Positions 13,976 through 23,700 of a stretch of DNA of 61,941 nucleotides are shown here, piece after piece (within the stretch, counting starts at the first letter, position 1; each line of letters begins with the position of its first letter). The stretch spans positions 1 through 61,941 of the IMG/VR virus record IMGVR_UViG_3300033144_000144; one strand, 5' to 3'. Under the pieces are notes generated by a model. That model was not told the DNA's origin and searched no databases. It saw nothing but the letters and a program-made list of their open reading frames with translations. The stretch comes from a virus. Lineage: Duplodnaviria > Caudoviricetes. The translations under genes were made by a program, and so were the position numbers.

Positions 13976-16387
13976 ATGGAAATAACAATATTTAAAGATA
14001 TTAAAGATACTGCTCAACCTTTTTATAGAGATGTATCGATAATATTAGACAGAATAAAAAAGGGAGCATCACAAGAGATAGTGAGAGCAATCCGATCAGA
14101 ATCAGATAAAGAAAAAAGAAATCTATTAAAGCAGTCATTACCAGCAATTTGTTTCAGTGGTAAATTTACCAAAAGAAATGACAGTTCATTGAGCCAACAT
14201 AGTGGTATCATATGTTTAGACTTCGACAACTTCCCATCAGAGAAGTTAATGCTGGAAGAAAAAGAAATTATAACACAAGATAGATATACCTATTCTTGTT
14301 TCATTTCACCAAGTGGTCTTGGGTTAAAGGTGTTGGTTAAGATACCAGCTGAAGAAGACAACCATAAAAAATTCTTCAACTCATTACAACATCATTATGG
14401 TTCAGAGTTCTTTGACCAAACATGCAAGAATGTATCAAGGGTTTGTTATGAATCATATGATCCACTGATTTACATCAACGAACAATCAAGTATATTCAAT
14501 CAAATAACTGAACAAGAATATCAAGAGGTAGTAAAACATAAAGATGCACAGACAATTCCAATCACAGATGAAAATAAAATAGTAGAGATACTTATGAAGT
14601 GGTGGGAAAGAAAATACGGATTTAAAAGTGGTGAAAGAAATAATAATATATATATTCTTGCATCAGCTTTCAATGACTTTGGTGTTACACAAACACTGGC
14701 GGAGTATGTAATGAATCCATTTACCTCTGATGACTTTAGTTCATATGAATTAAAAAGAACAATTAGATCAGCTTACGCACAGAAACAAAACTTCGGTACA
14801 AAGTATTACGAAGATGAGGAGAAAGTTAAAAGCGTAAAGCAAAAGATACGAAGAGGTATATCTAAAAGTGAAATCAAAAATCAATTGGTAGATTCAAGTG
14901 AGATAGATGAGGTAGTGGTTGATAATGTATTGAGAAGGTTTGAAGAGGAGCAAGATGAACAAAAGTTCTGGAGTAAAAGTGAGAAGGGTGTAGTAAAGAT
15001 TATTCATCTATCATTTAAAAACTTTTTAGAAGACAATGGATTCTATAAGTTTAGTCCTGAAGGTAGTAAAAACTATGTCTTTGTAAAGGTGACTAACAAC
15101 CTCATCGAACACGCATCAGAAAAAGAAATAAAAGATTTTGTATTGGAGTATCTATTAGAGATAGAAGATACCAGTATATATAATTACTTTGCTGAATGTA
15201 CTCGATACTTTAGAGAAGAGTTCCTCACATTACTTTCTTCTATCAGCGTTTACTTTATTGCAGATGATAAAGATACTGCATACTTATACTATACAAATTG
15301 TGCAGTAAAGATTACTAAAGATGATGTTACACCAATTGATTACTTGGATTTGGGTGGATATGTGTGGAAGGATCATGTAATAGATAGGGTGTTTGATATA
15401 TGTGAGATAACTGATTGTGATTTTCAAACTTTTATAAATAACATTTCAGGAAACGATAGCAAGAGAACCAAATCAATGGAATCCACTATTGGATTTTTAC
15501 TGCATGGTTGGAAGAATTTATCTTATTGTCCAGCCACTATATTAAATGATGAGATTATATCTGACAATCCTGAAGGTGGTACTGGTAAGGGTTTGTTTAT
15601 GAATGGAATATCCCATATGAAGAAGCTCGTAGTTATTGATGGAAAATCCTTTAACTTTGAAAAATCATTTGCATACCAGCTGGTGTCAGCTGACACACAA
15701 ATACTTTGTTTCGATGATGTTAAAAAGAATTTTAACTTTGAAAGATTATTTAGTGTGGTGACAGAAGGATTAACTTTAGAGAAGAAGAACAAGGATGCTA
15801 TCAAGATTCCTTTTTCTAAATCACCTAAAGTAGCAATCACTACTAACTATGCGATTAGAGGTAAGGGTAATTCATTTGCTCGTAGAAAGTGGGAGTTAGA
15901 ATTAAATCAATTCTATACTAAAGAGTTCACTCCACTTGTAGAGTTTGGTAAGCTAATGTTTGGGGAATGGGATGATAATGACTGGTGTCAGTTCGATAAT
16001 TATATGATTAAGAACCTTCAGTTATATTTAGATAAAGGTTTATTGAGAAGTGATTTCATTAATCAAAAGACCAGGACATTTGCCGCCAATACATCTTACT
16101 CATTTGTAGAATGGTGTGGTGTGATTGACAATAAGAGACACCCAAAGTTGGTGACTAAAACAAAAATCTATAAGAACGATTTGTATTTAGATTTTATAGA
16201 TGATTATCCTGATTACGCACCTAAAAGTAGGGAAGCAATCAGTCGTAATGAGTTTGGTAAATGGCTGATGTCATATGCAGATTTCCAGTACGGATGTGAT
16301 GCCTTACAAGGTAGGGACAACATAGGTAGATGGATAGAGTTTGTAACAAAAAGTTATTATGAAAAACAAGAAACATTAAAATTATGA
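13976..16387 (+). CDS. Primase-helicase (BT4734/VirE-N-like primase, PriCT, P-loop SF3-type helicase)
   Basis: LPAICFSGKF...HSGIICLDFD...SPSGLGLK; GERNN; Walker A GGTGKG; FDDV; ITTN. Confidence 0.85.
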   Translation: MEITIFKDIKDTAQPFYRDVSIILDRIKKGASQEIVRAIRSESDKEKRNLLKQSLPAICFSGKFTKRNDSSLSQHSGIICLDFDNFPSEKLMLEEKEIITQDRYTYSCFISPSGLGLKVLVKIPAEEDNHKKFFNSLQHHYGSEFFDQTCKNVSRVCYESYDPLIYINEQSSIFNQITEQEYQEVVKHKDAQTIPITDENKIVEILMKWWERKYGFKSGERNNNIYILASAFNDFGVTQTLAEYVMNPFTSDDFSSYELKRTIRSAYAQKQNFGTKYYEDEEKVKSVKQKIRRGISKSEIKNQLVDSSEIDEVVVDNVLRRFEEEQDEQKFWSKSEKGVVKIIHLSFKNFLEDNGFYKFSPEGSKNYVFVKVTNNLIEHASEKEIKDFVLEYLLEIEDTSIYNYFAECTRYFREEFLTLLSSISVYFIADDKDTAYLYYTNCAVKITKDDVTPIDYLDLGGYVWKDHVIDRVFDICEITDCDFQTFINNISGNDSKRTKSMESTIGFLLHGWKNLSYCPATILNDEIISDNPEGGTGKGLFMNGISHMKKLVVIDGKSFNFEKSFAYQLVSADTQILCFDDVKKNFNFERLFSVVTEGLTLEKKNKDAIKIPFSKSPKVAITTNYAIRGKGNSFARRKWELELNQFYTKEFTPLVEFGKLMFGEWDDNDWCQFDNYMIKNLQLYLDKGLLRSDFINQKTRTFAANTSYSFVEWCGVIDNKRHPKLVTKTKIYKNDLYLDFIDDYPDYAPKSREAISRNEFGKWLMSYADFQYGCDALQGRDNIGRWIEFVTKSYYEKQETLKL

Positions 16388-17622
16388 TACAATTTAGAGA
16401 CTATCAATTAGATATTATTTCAAGAGGTTCAAAGATTCTTTATGAGAATAAATTTCTTTATCTCGCAATGGAAGTTCGAACAGGTAAAACACTCACAAGT
16501 TTAGGGATTTGTGATGGGCTTGACAACGCTAACAATGTCCTATTCATTACAAAGAAGAAAGCTATTTCAAGTATTCAAAATGATTATGATCTATTGAATC
16601 CTAACTATGCTTTGACTGTAATTAATTATGAATCATTACACAAGGTGAGACAAGATGAATGGGATGTAGTTATTTGTGATGAAGCACATGGTATGGGAGC
16701 ATATCCTAAACCAAGCGGTAGAGCAAAGAAGGTTAAGAAGTTAATCTTTGAATCTAATCCTTATGTAATATTATTAAGTGGAACACCTACACCTGAAGCA
16801 TATTCACAAATGTATCATCAGGTTTATTTTATTCCTGGTAATCCATTTCGTAAATTCAAAACCTTCTATCAGTTTGCTAATGAATATGTTAGTATAAAAA
16901 AGAAGAAGGTAGGGGGTAATTATATAAACGATTACTCAAAAGGAAGTGAACAGATCCTAACGGAGATGGCTCCTTATACAATTAGATATAGTCAGAAAGA
17001 TGCTGGGTTCGTTGTGAAGACTGAAGAGACTGTGCTAAATGTAGATATGCCATCAGACATTTCCAAGATGATCAATAAACTACAGAAAGATTTAGTTGTC
17101 GAAGGAGAAAGAGAAACAATCCTTGCGGACACTGCGGTTAAGTTAATGACTAAAACTCATCAGCTTACCAGTGGTACAATTAAATTTGAAAGCGGTAACT
17201 CAATGGTTCTTAATCCATACAAGGCAGAGTTTATTAAAAATAAATTTAAAGGTAAGAAGATAGGTATCTTCTATAAATTTAAAGAAGAACTCAATGCACT
17301 TAAGCAAGTGCTTGGTGATAAGATTGTCACAGAACTTGATGACTTTAATAAAGGTAAAAATAAAAAGTGGATAGCACTTCAGATTGTTTCAGGTAGAGAA
17401 GGCATATCATTAAGGAAAGCTGATGCTCTTGTATATTACAATATTGATTTCAGTGCTACATCATATTGGCAGTCAAGAGATAGGATGACAACCAAAGAAA
17501 GATTACACAACGATGTGTATTGGGTGTTCGCAAAGGGAGGTATAGAGCATGATATATATAAAGCAGTGATTGCTAAAAAGGATTATACGCTAAAACATTT
17601 TAAAAGAGATTTATTAAATTAG
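16384..17622 (+). CDS. SF2 (SNF2-like) helicase
   Basis: RDYQ, RTGKT, DEAH, LSGTP, QSRDR motifs. Confidence 0.88.
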   Translation: MIQFRDYQLDIISRGSKILYENKFLYLAMEVRTGKTLTSLGICDGLDNANNVLFITKKKAISSIQNDYDLLNPNYALTVINYESLHKVRQDEWDVVICDEAHGMGAYPKPSGRAKKVKKLIFESNPYVILLSGTPTPEAYSQMYHQVYFIPGNPFRKFKTFYQFANEYVSIKKKKVGGNYINDYSKGSEQILTEMAPYTIRYSQKDAGFVVKTEETVLNVDMPSDISKMINKLQKDLVVEGERETILADTAVKLMTKTHQLTSGTIKFESGNSMVLNPYKAEFIKNKFKGKKIGIFYKFKEELNALKQVLGDKIVTELDDFNKGKNKKWIALQIVSGREGISLRKADALVYYNIDFSATSYWQSRDRMTTKERLHNDVYWVFAKGGIEHDIYKAVIAKKDYTLKHFKRDLLN

Positions 17623-17626
17623 CAGT

Positions 17627-17809
17627 ATGAGGTTTATTCGATTTCTACTGATATGGATCAGTGAAAATTTAGCTATTCCTTTTTGGGTTGTTGGGCATAT
17701 ACACCTATCAATCCACACCTACCACGATTTAGTCGAGTTAATATCCTCACTCGGTATGAACATAATTGTGGCGATAGGTTTCTTTGAGGACTATAAAAAA
17801 AATGGATGA
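17627..17809 (+). CDS. Small membrane protein
   Basis: 60 aa, two hydrophobic stretches. Confidence 0.55.
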   Translation: MRFIRFLLIWISENLAIPFWVVGHIHLSIHTYHDLVELISSLGMNIIVAIGFFEDYKKNG

Positions 17810-18054
17810 CTGAACAGCAAATACAAGCACAAAGGATAAAGCAATTAGAGTCAGAAGGATACTATGTTCTTAAGCTACTCAAGACTAATAAGAATGGTAT
17901 CCCTGATCTGATTGCAATACCACCTAACTGTGATGTTTTGTTTTCAGAAATTAAAAAACCAAATGGGAGATTATCTAAATTACAAGAGTATAGATTAAGA
18001 GAGTTAGAAAAACATGGAGTTAAAACAGAAGTATATAAAGGAAGGGGGTTATGA
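17806..18054 (+). CDS. VRR-NUC nuclease (putative Holliday junction resolvase)
   Basis: TEQQIQ...GIPDL...EIKKPNGRLSKLQ. Confidence 0.85.
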   Translation: MTEQQIQAQRIKQLESEGYYVLKLLKTNKNGIPDLIAIPPNCDVLFSEIKKPNGRLSKLQEYRLRELEKHGVKTEVYKGRGL

Positions 18055-18382
18055 TATTGGTGAAGATTTTGTTGAGACAATACAAACTTTAGATATCAGA
18101 ACTGGAATAAAGGTTGCTCAATTTATAGATAAAAATATAGATAAAGTACCAGCAAACTCATTGGTGTCTACTGTACTGGGAGGTATAGTAGTTGATGACT
18201 TCAATGAAACTTTTCCTTTTGCATTAGAGGTTATTAAACACGATGAGGAATCAGAAGTTATTTTATCTGATCTTCAAATAATTTCTATGGATGAATACTT
18301 GGACTTATATAATATAAATTTAAATTTAATACAACATGAACATGAACATACAGAAAGTAAAAGCAGTAAAGAACCTGGTTAG
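18014..18382 (+). CDS. Hypothetical protein
   Basis: 122-aa ORF. Confidence 0.65.
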   Translation: MELKQKYIKEGGYDIGEDFVETIQTLDIRTGIKVAQFIDKNIDKVPANSLVSTVLGGIVVDDFNETFPFALEVIKHDEESEVILSDLQIISMDEYLDLYNINLNLIQHEHEHTESKSSKEPG

Positions 18383-18860
18383 GACAGAGACTGGGGCGGA
18401 TGTAGACTCAAGAAGTAAAACAGATGAACTGGTAAAAGCCAGGGCGATGTGTTACAAAATACTTAGGGACGAATGTTATATGACATATTCATATATAGCA
18501 AACTCATTCAACAAGAATCACGCAACAATTATTCATGCACTCAGAGAGTTTGAGTGGATGCTAAAATCTGATAAGGGAATGGAGAGAATCTTCATTAGTG
18601 TTATCAATAAATGGAGACAACAAAAGGGAGACTATGAAGAATTAAATCCATATGATCTAAAAAAACAGCTAAATAATTTGGCTGAACAAAATAAATTGTT
18701 AAATTTGTCTTTAATAAATGTTCAAGAAAAGTGTGATGCTCTTCAAAATCATGCCAGTAAGTATGATAATATAATAGAATCTATTGAGGAGCATAAATTA
18801 ACAGACGAAAGGTTTGAGTCACTACAAAAGAAACTAAAACATTTACTGAATGGACTGTAA
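18336..18860 (+). CDS. Second DnaA C-terminal-like HTH protein with coiled-coil tail
   Basis: SRSKTDELVKARAMCYKILR...IANSFNKNHATIIHA. Confidence 0.7.
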   Translation: MNMNIQKVKAVKNLVRTETGADVDSRSKTDELVKARAMCYKILRDECYMTYSYIANSFNKNHATIIHALREFEWMLKSDKGMERIFISVINKWRQQKGDYEELNPYDLKKQLNNLAEQNKLLNLSLINVQEKCDALQNHASKYDNIIESIEEHKLTDERFESLQKKLKHLLNGL

Positions 18861-19089
18861 ATACAAGCATACAGATGTCGAGAAGGTATTGGGATTTACC
18901 TCTTGGTCAAATAAAAAAAAGGTAGACACTCTACTTCATATTGACTGTATCATGTATTCCAACCTTGGAACAGAGACATCCATAGCAGAAAGAAAATCAA
19001 CAAAACAAATTTCAAAAAAGATTTATAGAGCAATACGAGAGATTAAGCCAGAGCTTGGTAACTCATTGCTATCAGCCATGGATAAATAA
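18850..19089 (+). CDS. Hypothetical protein
   Basis: 79-aa ORF. Confidence 0.7.
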   Translation: MDCKYKHTDVEKVLGFTSWSNKKKVDTLLHIDCIMYSNLGTETSIAERKSTKQISKKIYRAIREIKPELGNSLLSAMDK

Positions 19090-19280
19090 TGTCGAGAATA
19101 GCACCAGAGGATACACAGTCAATACAACATATACTACATGTATGTGAAAGTATTCACGACTTTGGTGATGAGCTTTATGAAGATCTAATGGACAGAGATC
19201 ACGAGTCTGCCAAGGTTAAAGCACAAGAGCTAATTAAAGAATTGGCTGACTTAATTCAATCTATGACAGATGAAATCTAA
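19089..19280 (+). CDS. Hypothetical protein
   Basis: 63-aa ORF, TAATG coupling. Confidence 0.65.
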   Translation: MSRIAPEDTQSIQHILHVCESIHDFGDELYEDLMDRDHESAKVKAQELIKELADLIQSMTDEI

Positions 19281-19989
19281 CGAAATAAGACCAAGGCTGA
19301 GTGGTAATCGAAGAACCGCATACGAACAGCTGACAAAAAACGAAAGAAGAATATTAGTAATTGGAGATCTTCATTGCCCTTTTGAGTTGGAGGGTTATCA
19401 TCAGCACTGCCTGGACACCTATGCTAAATTTAATTGTAATCAAGTAATATTCATTGGGGATTGTTTGGATAATCATTATTCCAGCTACCATGAGACAGAT
19501 GCAAATGGTATGGGCGGAGCTGATGAACTCCATTACGCAATACATTGTTTGGCTAAATGGAATCATTCATTCCCAAAAGCAGATGTTATAATCGGAAATC
19601 ATGATCGCATGATAATGAGACGAGCTCAAACTTCTAATGTACCAGCTGAATGGATCAAGACTTACAATGAAGTATTAGGAACTAATTGGAACTGGACAGA
19701 AAGAGTTGTGTACGATGGTGTACAATACATACATGGGGAAGGGGGTACTGCTCGTACCAAAGCAAAAAATGATATGATGTCGACTGTACAGGGCCATATC
19801 CATACACAGGCGTACTGTGAGTGGATGGTTGGTAGAAACTTTAGGGTGTTTGGAATGCAAGTGGGCTGTGGAATTGATGCCTCATCATATGCGGCAGCTT
19901 ATGCAAAACACTTTAAGAAACAAGCAATTGGTTGTGGAGTAGTAATAGGAGGACATACTGCTATCAATTGTTTAATGGATTTAAAATAA
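19270..19989 (+). CDS. Calcineurin-like metallophosphoesterase
   Basis: GDLH, GDCLD, GNHD, HG, GHIH motifs. Confidence 0.9.
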   Translation: MKSNEIRPRLSGNRRTAYEQLTKNERRILVIGDLHCPFELEGYHQHCLDTYAKFNCNQVIFIGDCLDNHYSSYHETDANGMGGADELHYAIHCLAKWNHSFPKADVIIGNHDRMIMRRAQTSNVPAEWIKTYNEVLGTNWNWTERVVYDGVQYIHGEGGTARTKAKNDMMSTVQGHIHTQAYCEWMVGRNFRVFGMQVGCGIDASSYAAAYAKHFKKQAIGCGVVIGGHTAINCLMDLK

Positions 19990-19995
19990 GAACCA

Positions 19996-20069
19996 GGACG
20001 AGTAGCTCAATTGGATAGAGCATTAGCCTTCTAAGCTAACGGTTGAAGGTTCGAGTCCTTCCTCGTTCA
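19996..20069 (+). tRNA. tRNA-Arg (anticodon TCT)
   Basis: Acceptor GGACGAG/CTCGTTC; D arm AGCTCAATTGGATAGAGC; anticodon arm TTAGC-CT TCT AA-GCTAA; T arm GAAGG-TTCGAGT-CCTTC; no encoded CCA. Confidence 0.95.
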
Positions 20070-20118
20070 CGAAATAAAATAAAATGTTTAGAGAAAAATT
20101 AATAGTAATCTGGCCATC

Positions 20119-20514
20119 ATGAATAAACAAATAGCACACGAGCTCAATAAGTTCAGTAAAAAAATAGCAGAGAAATATTCTCGCAAAGATAGAGAAGGTA
20201 ATTTCAACGGAGAAACTTTTAGTGTAGATGAGATTATACCCACATCAGATCATACAGCTGTAATTAATTTTAAAAAAAATACTGGTAAGATTGGGGTTGC
20301 TTTTTGTTATTATATAAATAGAGGAATGTCTAAAGGCTGGAAATATTTTTTTCCTACTGACTCACATGTGAATGGATTCCAGGCTTTCTTATACTATAAG
20401 TTAGATGCTGAAAGAAGAAACTTTGATAAGAATTTTTTAGTAAAACAGTATAATAGAAACAGAGCTCCTGAAGATCATATTAAATACCCTCATGAAATAC
20501 CCTCTGAGAGTTGA
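20119..20514 (+). CDS. Hypothetical protein
   Basis: 131-aa ORF, last gene of + arm. Confidence 0.75.
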   Translation: MNKQIAHELNKFSKKIAEKYSRKDREGNFNGETFSVDEIIPTSDHTAVINFKKNTGKIGVAFCYYINRGMSKGWKYFFPTDSHVNGFQAFLYYKLDAERRNFDKNFLVKQYNRNRAPEDHIKYPHEIPSES

Positions 20515-20741
20515 ATAGAACGCTTCTTATGAAGTATCTCTGCACATTTCTCATACTCTTCCGTTGAGGTAAAATACTCTATTAAAACATCGTATACATC
20601 GTCAATCATAACGATGGTTGGTTTAGAAGGATTATGTATAAAGTAAAGAACTTCTTGTTCTTCCAGTAATTCATCAATTGTTTTCTTACCAAGTAGCAAT
20701 TGATAGCTACTTCTCATACATAAGTCTTCATTAAAATCCAT
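20490..20741 (-). CDS. Hypothetical protein (EEYEKCAEI UVR-like motif)
   Basis: 83-aa ORF. Confidence 0.7.
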   Translation of the reverse strand: MDFNEDLCMRSSYQLLLGKKTIDELLEEQEVLYFIHNPSKPTIVMIDDVYDVLIEYFTSTEEYEKCAEILHKKRSIQLSEGIS

Positions 20742-20751
20742 ATTTATTTAT

Positions 20752-23700
20752 TTAATTATTAAATGCTTCGTCTAAGGCTTGTTGTCTCATTTGTTTTTCT
20801 TGTTGCTTAAACTCTTTCATCATCTCATTATACTCTTGCATCTCAGGAGAATTATTGAACTCATCTATCTGATCCATTGCATCAGGAAAGTATTTTCTCA
20901 TTTCAGTCTTATTTAACTTTTTTGGCTTCGGCTTCTTCTCTGGCTTACCTTCAATTACATAGTCCGAATAATTAAACATTCGCAAGAACACTTCTTTAGG
21001 ATCACCTCCACTGTTTATAATCTTCTGCATATTCATTCTCATCCTATCTAAAGTTTTAAGAGGTAGGGATGCAATGTTTCCTGGCACACCCAGTACAGCA
21101 GTAAGAGGTAGTAAAGCAAAGTACGCTTGTTTCTCTGCCTCTGCTTGTTTAGCTGGATCTTTTAAATTCTGAGCCTTAACAAGTTTATCATAGAAGTCTG
21201 TAAACAAATCAAATATTGGGAATTGTTTAGTGTCTTTCCACCAAGGCTTACCTTGTGCAACATCAGCTGTTTGTTCTAAGATTTGTCCAACAACAAAGAT
21301 TGAGTTAAACACACTAAGTATAGATGCTCTTAACATATCTTCTTTGTCCTCATCATCCCAATCTGTAACAGGGAATCCTGAACCAGCCCATTGGAATATC
21401 ATTGGCATAGCAAATTGATAAACCATAATTGTTCTTAGGTTTTGTTGCCATGTTCCTTTTCCTGAACCATCAACAATGTTTCTACCTAACTCTCTATATC
21501 CTCCAAAGATTTGTCTGAAGTATGCTTTAGGTGCAGACATAAACATATTAAACAACTGAATGTAACCACCAGCATTTTGCAATGCATCTTTGTCTTGCTT
21601 GTCTGAAGACTGCTGAACTTCTTTTGTTTGTTCTTCAAACTTTATCATAGCTTTTTTCTTAGCAGCTTCAGGACTCATACCTTCTTTCTGGTATTTGTTT
21701 TTCAGATAAACATAGTTGGGAATACCACCTAAAAATATAGCTTGTTTATCACCAGCTTTAATTGGTGACATAAGAAGTCGAGTAATCTTATCTCCTTTAT
21801 TTCCAGGAGTATAAGTTTCCATCTGCTTCTCTCCATACGACTCAATAGTCTTACTAATCTGTTCCCAGTATCGGTACTTAATATATACTGACTCTTCCGA
21901 TATTTCTTGCCACGCTTTTTTAAATTCAGAAACACCCATCGTACTGGCTGTCTTAATCCAATTACGGTAACCAATATAGTTTCCATATGTAGCAATAGAT
22001 GTAAGCTGTTTTAAATAAACAGTTAGTCCAGCTCCTAACTTCTGTACAATAAATACATTGTTGGCTCTGTTAACTCTTTGAACCATAGCATCAGATTGAT
22101 TAGCACCTCTTTTAGCTGTAGCCATCAATGCGTTTCTAACAGTGTCATATACTCCTTTACCATGTATGTTTACAATAGTATTAGCAATATCTTTATTGAA
22201 GAACACTTTAGATATATCATTCATATTCTCACCGTAAGCAGCAAAGTGTTCCATATCTTTTATATATGTATCAATTGCAGTGAACGCATCAACAGGCATA
22301 ATAGCTTTGTTGTTCTTCCTGGTTAACTTAGTAGAGTTACCAATCACATTCATACTCATTTGAGATGTACCTTGATCTGACAATAAAGAAAGAGGATCAT
22401 ACTTCTCCATCTCAACTTTATCACCAACACTTAACTGTCTAAATGTTCTACCAGAATAACTATCTCGTTGAGGTAAATCAGTATTATATAATCTTCTATA
22501 TACTTTATTATACTTCTCATATAAAGTTGGAAGCATTTCTTCTACTTGCCATCTACCCATTTCTAAAAGGTCAGAATAGTTTTCTTCAAAATACTTACTT
22601 AAACCATCCATAATTTCAGCATAGTTATCTCCTAATGAAGTTTCAAAACCAGCATGAGTGTCAGGTTGTTTGTATTGGAAGTATAGATATTGTAATTGAA
22701 GTGGAGTCAATCCAGAAAATGGAATGTTTTCTCTTATGGTTTTATTTAAGTTCTCCTTGTTCTTTGAAGTTGGATCATTATCAAACTTCTTTTGAGCTTC
22801 TTGAACTTCTTGAGGATTCTTAAATAAATTACCATCTTCAATTTGAGTAAAGTCTAATTGCTTTCTATACTGTTTTATCTTCTTTAAATAGTCTGGCCCT
22901 AAATACTCTCTACTCTTTTCTGTAATGAGTTGATCAAGAGCCATAATACTTTCTTTATACATACGAGTAGACTCATTTACTTTACGATAAACAAAGTCTT
23001 TTATAAAGCCATCACCAAATACTTCGCCTGGAAGTCTATCTAAAGTTTCTGATAACTGGCTCAAACCAAGAGTACCTTCCTTCAAGAAACTACTAATGTT
23101 GTTTCCAATATTTTGGAAGTATTTTTTAATACGGTTTCTACCATAGTCAGATGCCTTTTCATCCGCTCTTCTTTTTATTTCTTTTCTAACCTCCTCTAAA
23201 ACTTCTGGATCACTAAAGTCTCTGGACTCTTTCTGACCAGTTAATGCTTGATAAAACTTAGATGTGTTTTCAGCATACTTTTTAGATCTTCGAGCAGCTG
23301 CATCTTTAAAGTTATTACGACCAGTTGTAACTAATGATTTTAGATTTTCATAAACCTCAGCTAACTGATCAGCTTTTCGAGGATTGTTATCCTCCATTAA
23401 CTTAGAGTTGTTAATACCTAAAGCAATATTTAAAACTAACATTTGAGTTTCCTCTTCAGGTGTCAATGTAGTTTTCTCATTAAGTTTATTTATTTCTGTA
23501 ATGATATTAGTTTGCTCTGCGATAATATCATCTTTTATTTCAGCACCTTTATATAGTTTCTCTTTTATTTTTTCTACTATCTTTCTGGTCTGCATGTCTA
23601 TCTTGACACCTCGCTTTACACCACCTATGTTTACTTCAAACTCTTTACTCAGAATTTTATCTATAAGTTTATTTAAAGTAGAAACATTTTTGGTAGCAGC

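Noticed and set aside
19996-20069. tRNA as an attP integration site
   Set aside because: No integrase or repressor module recognised
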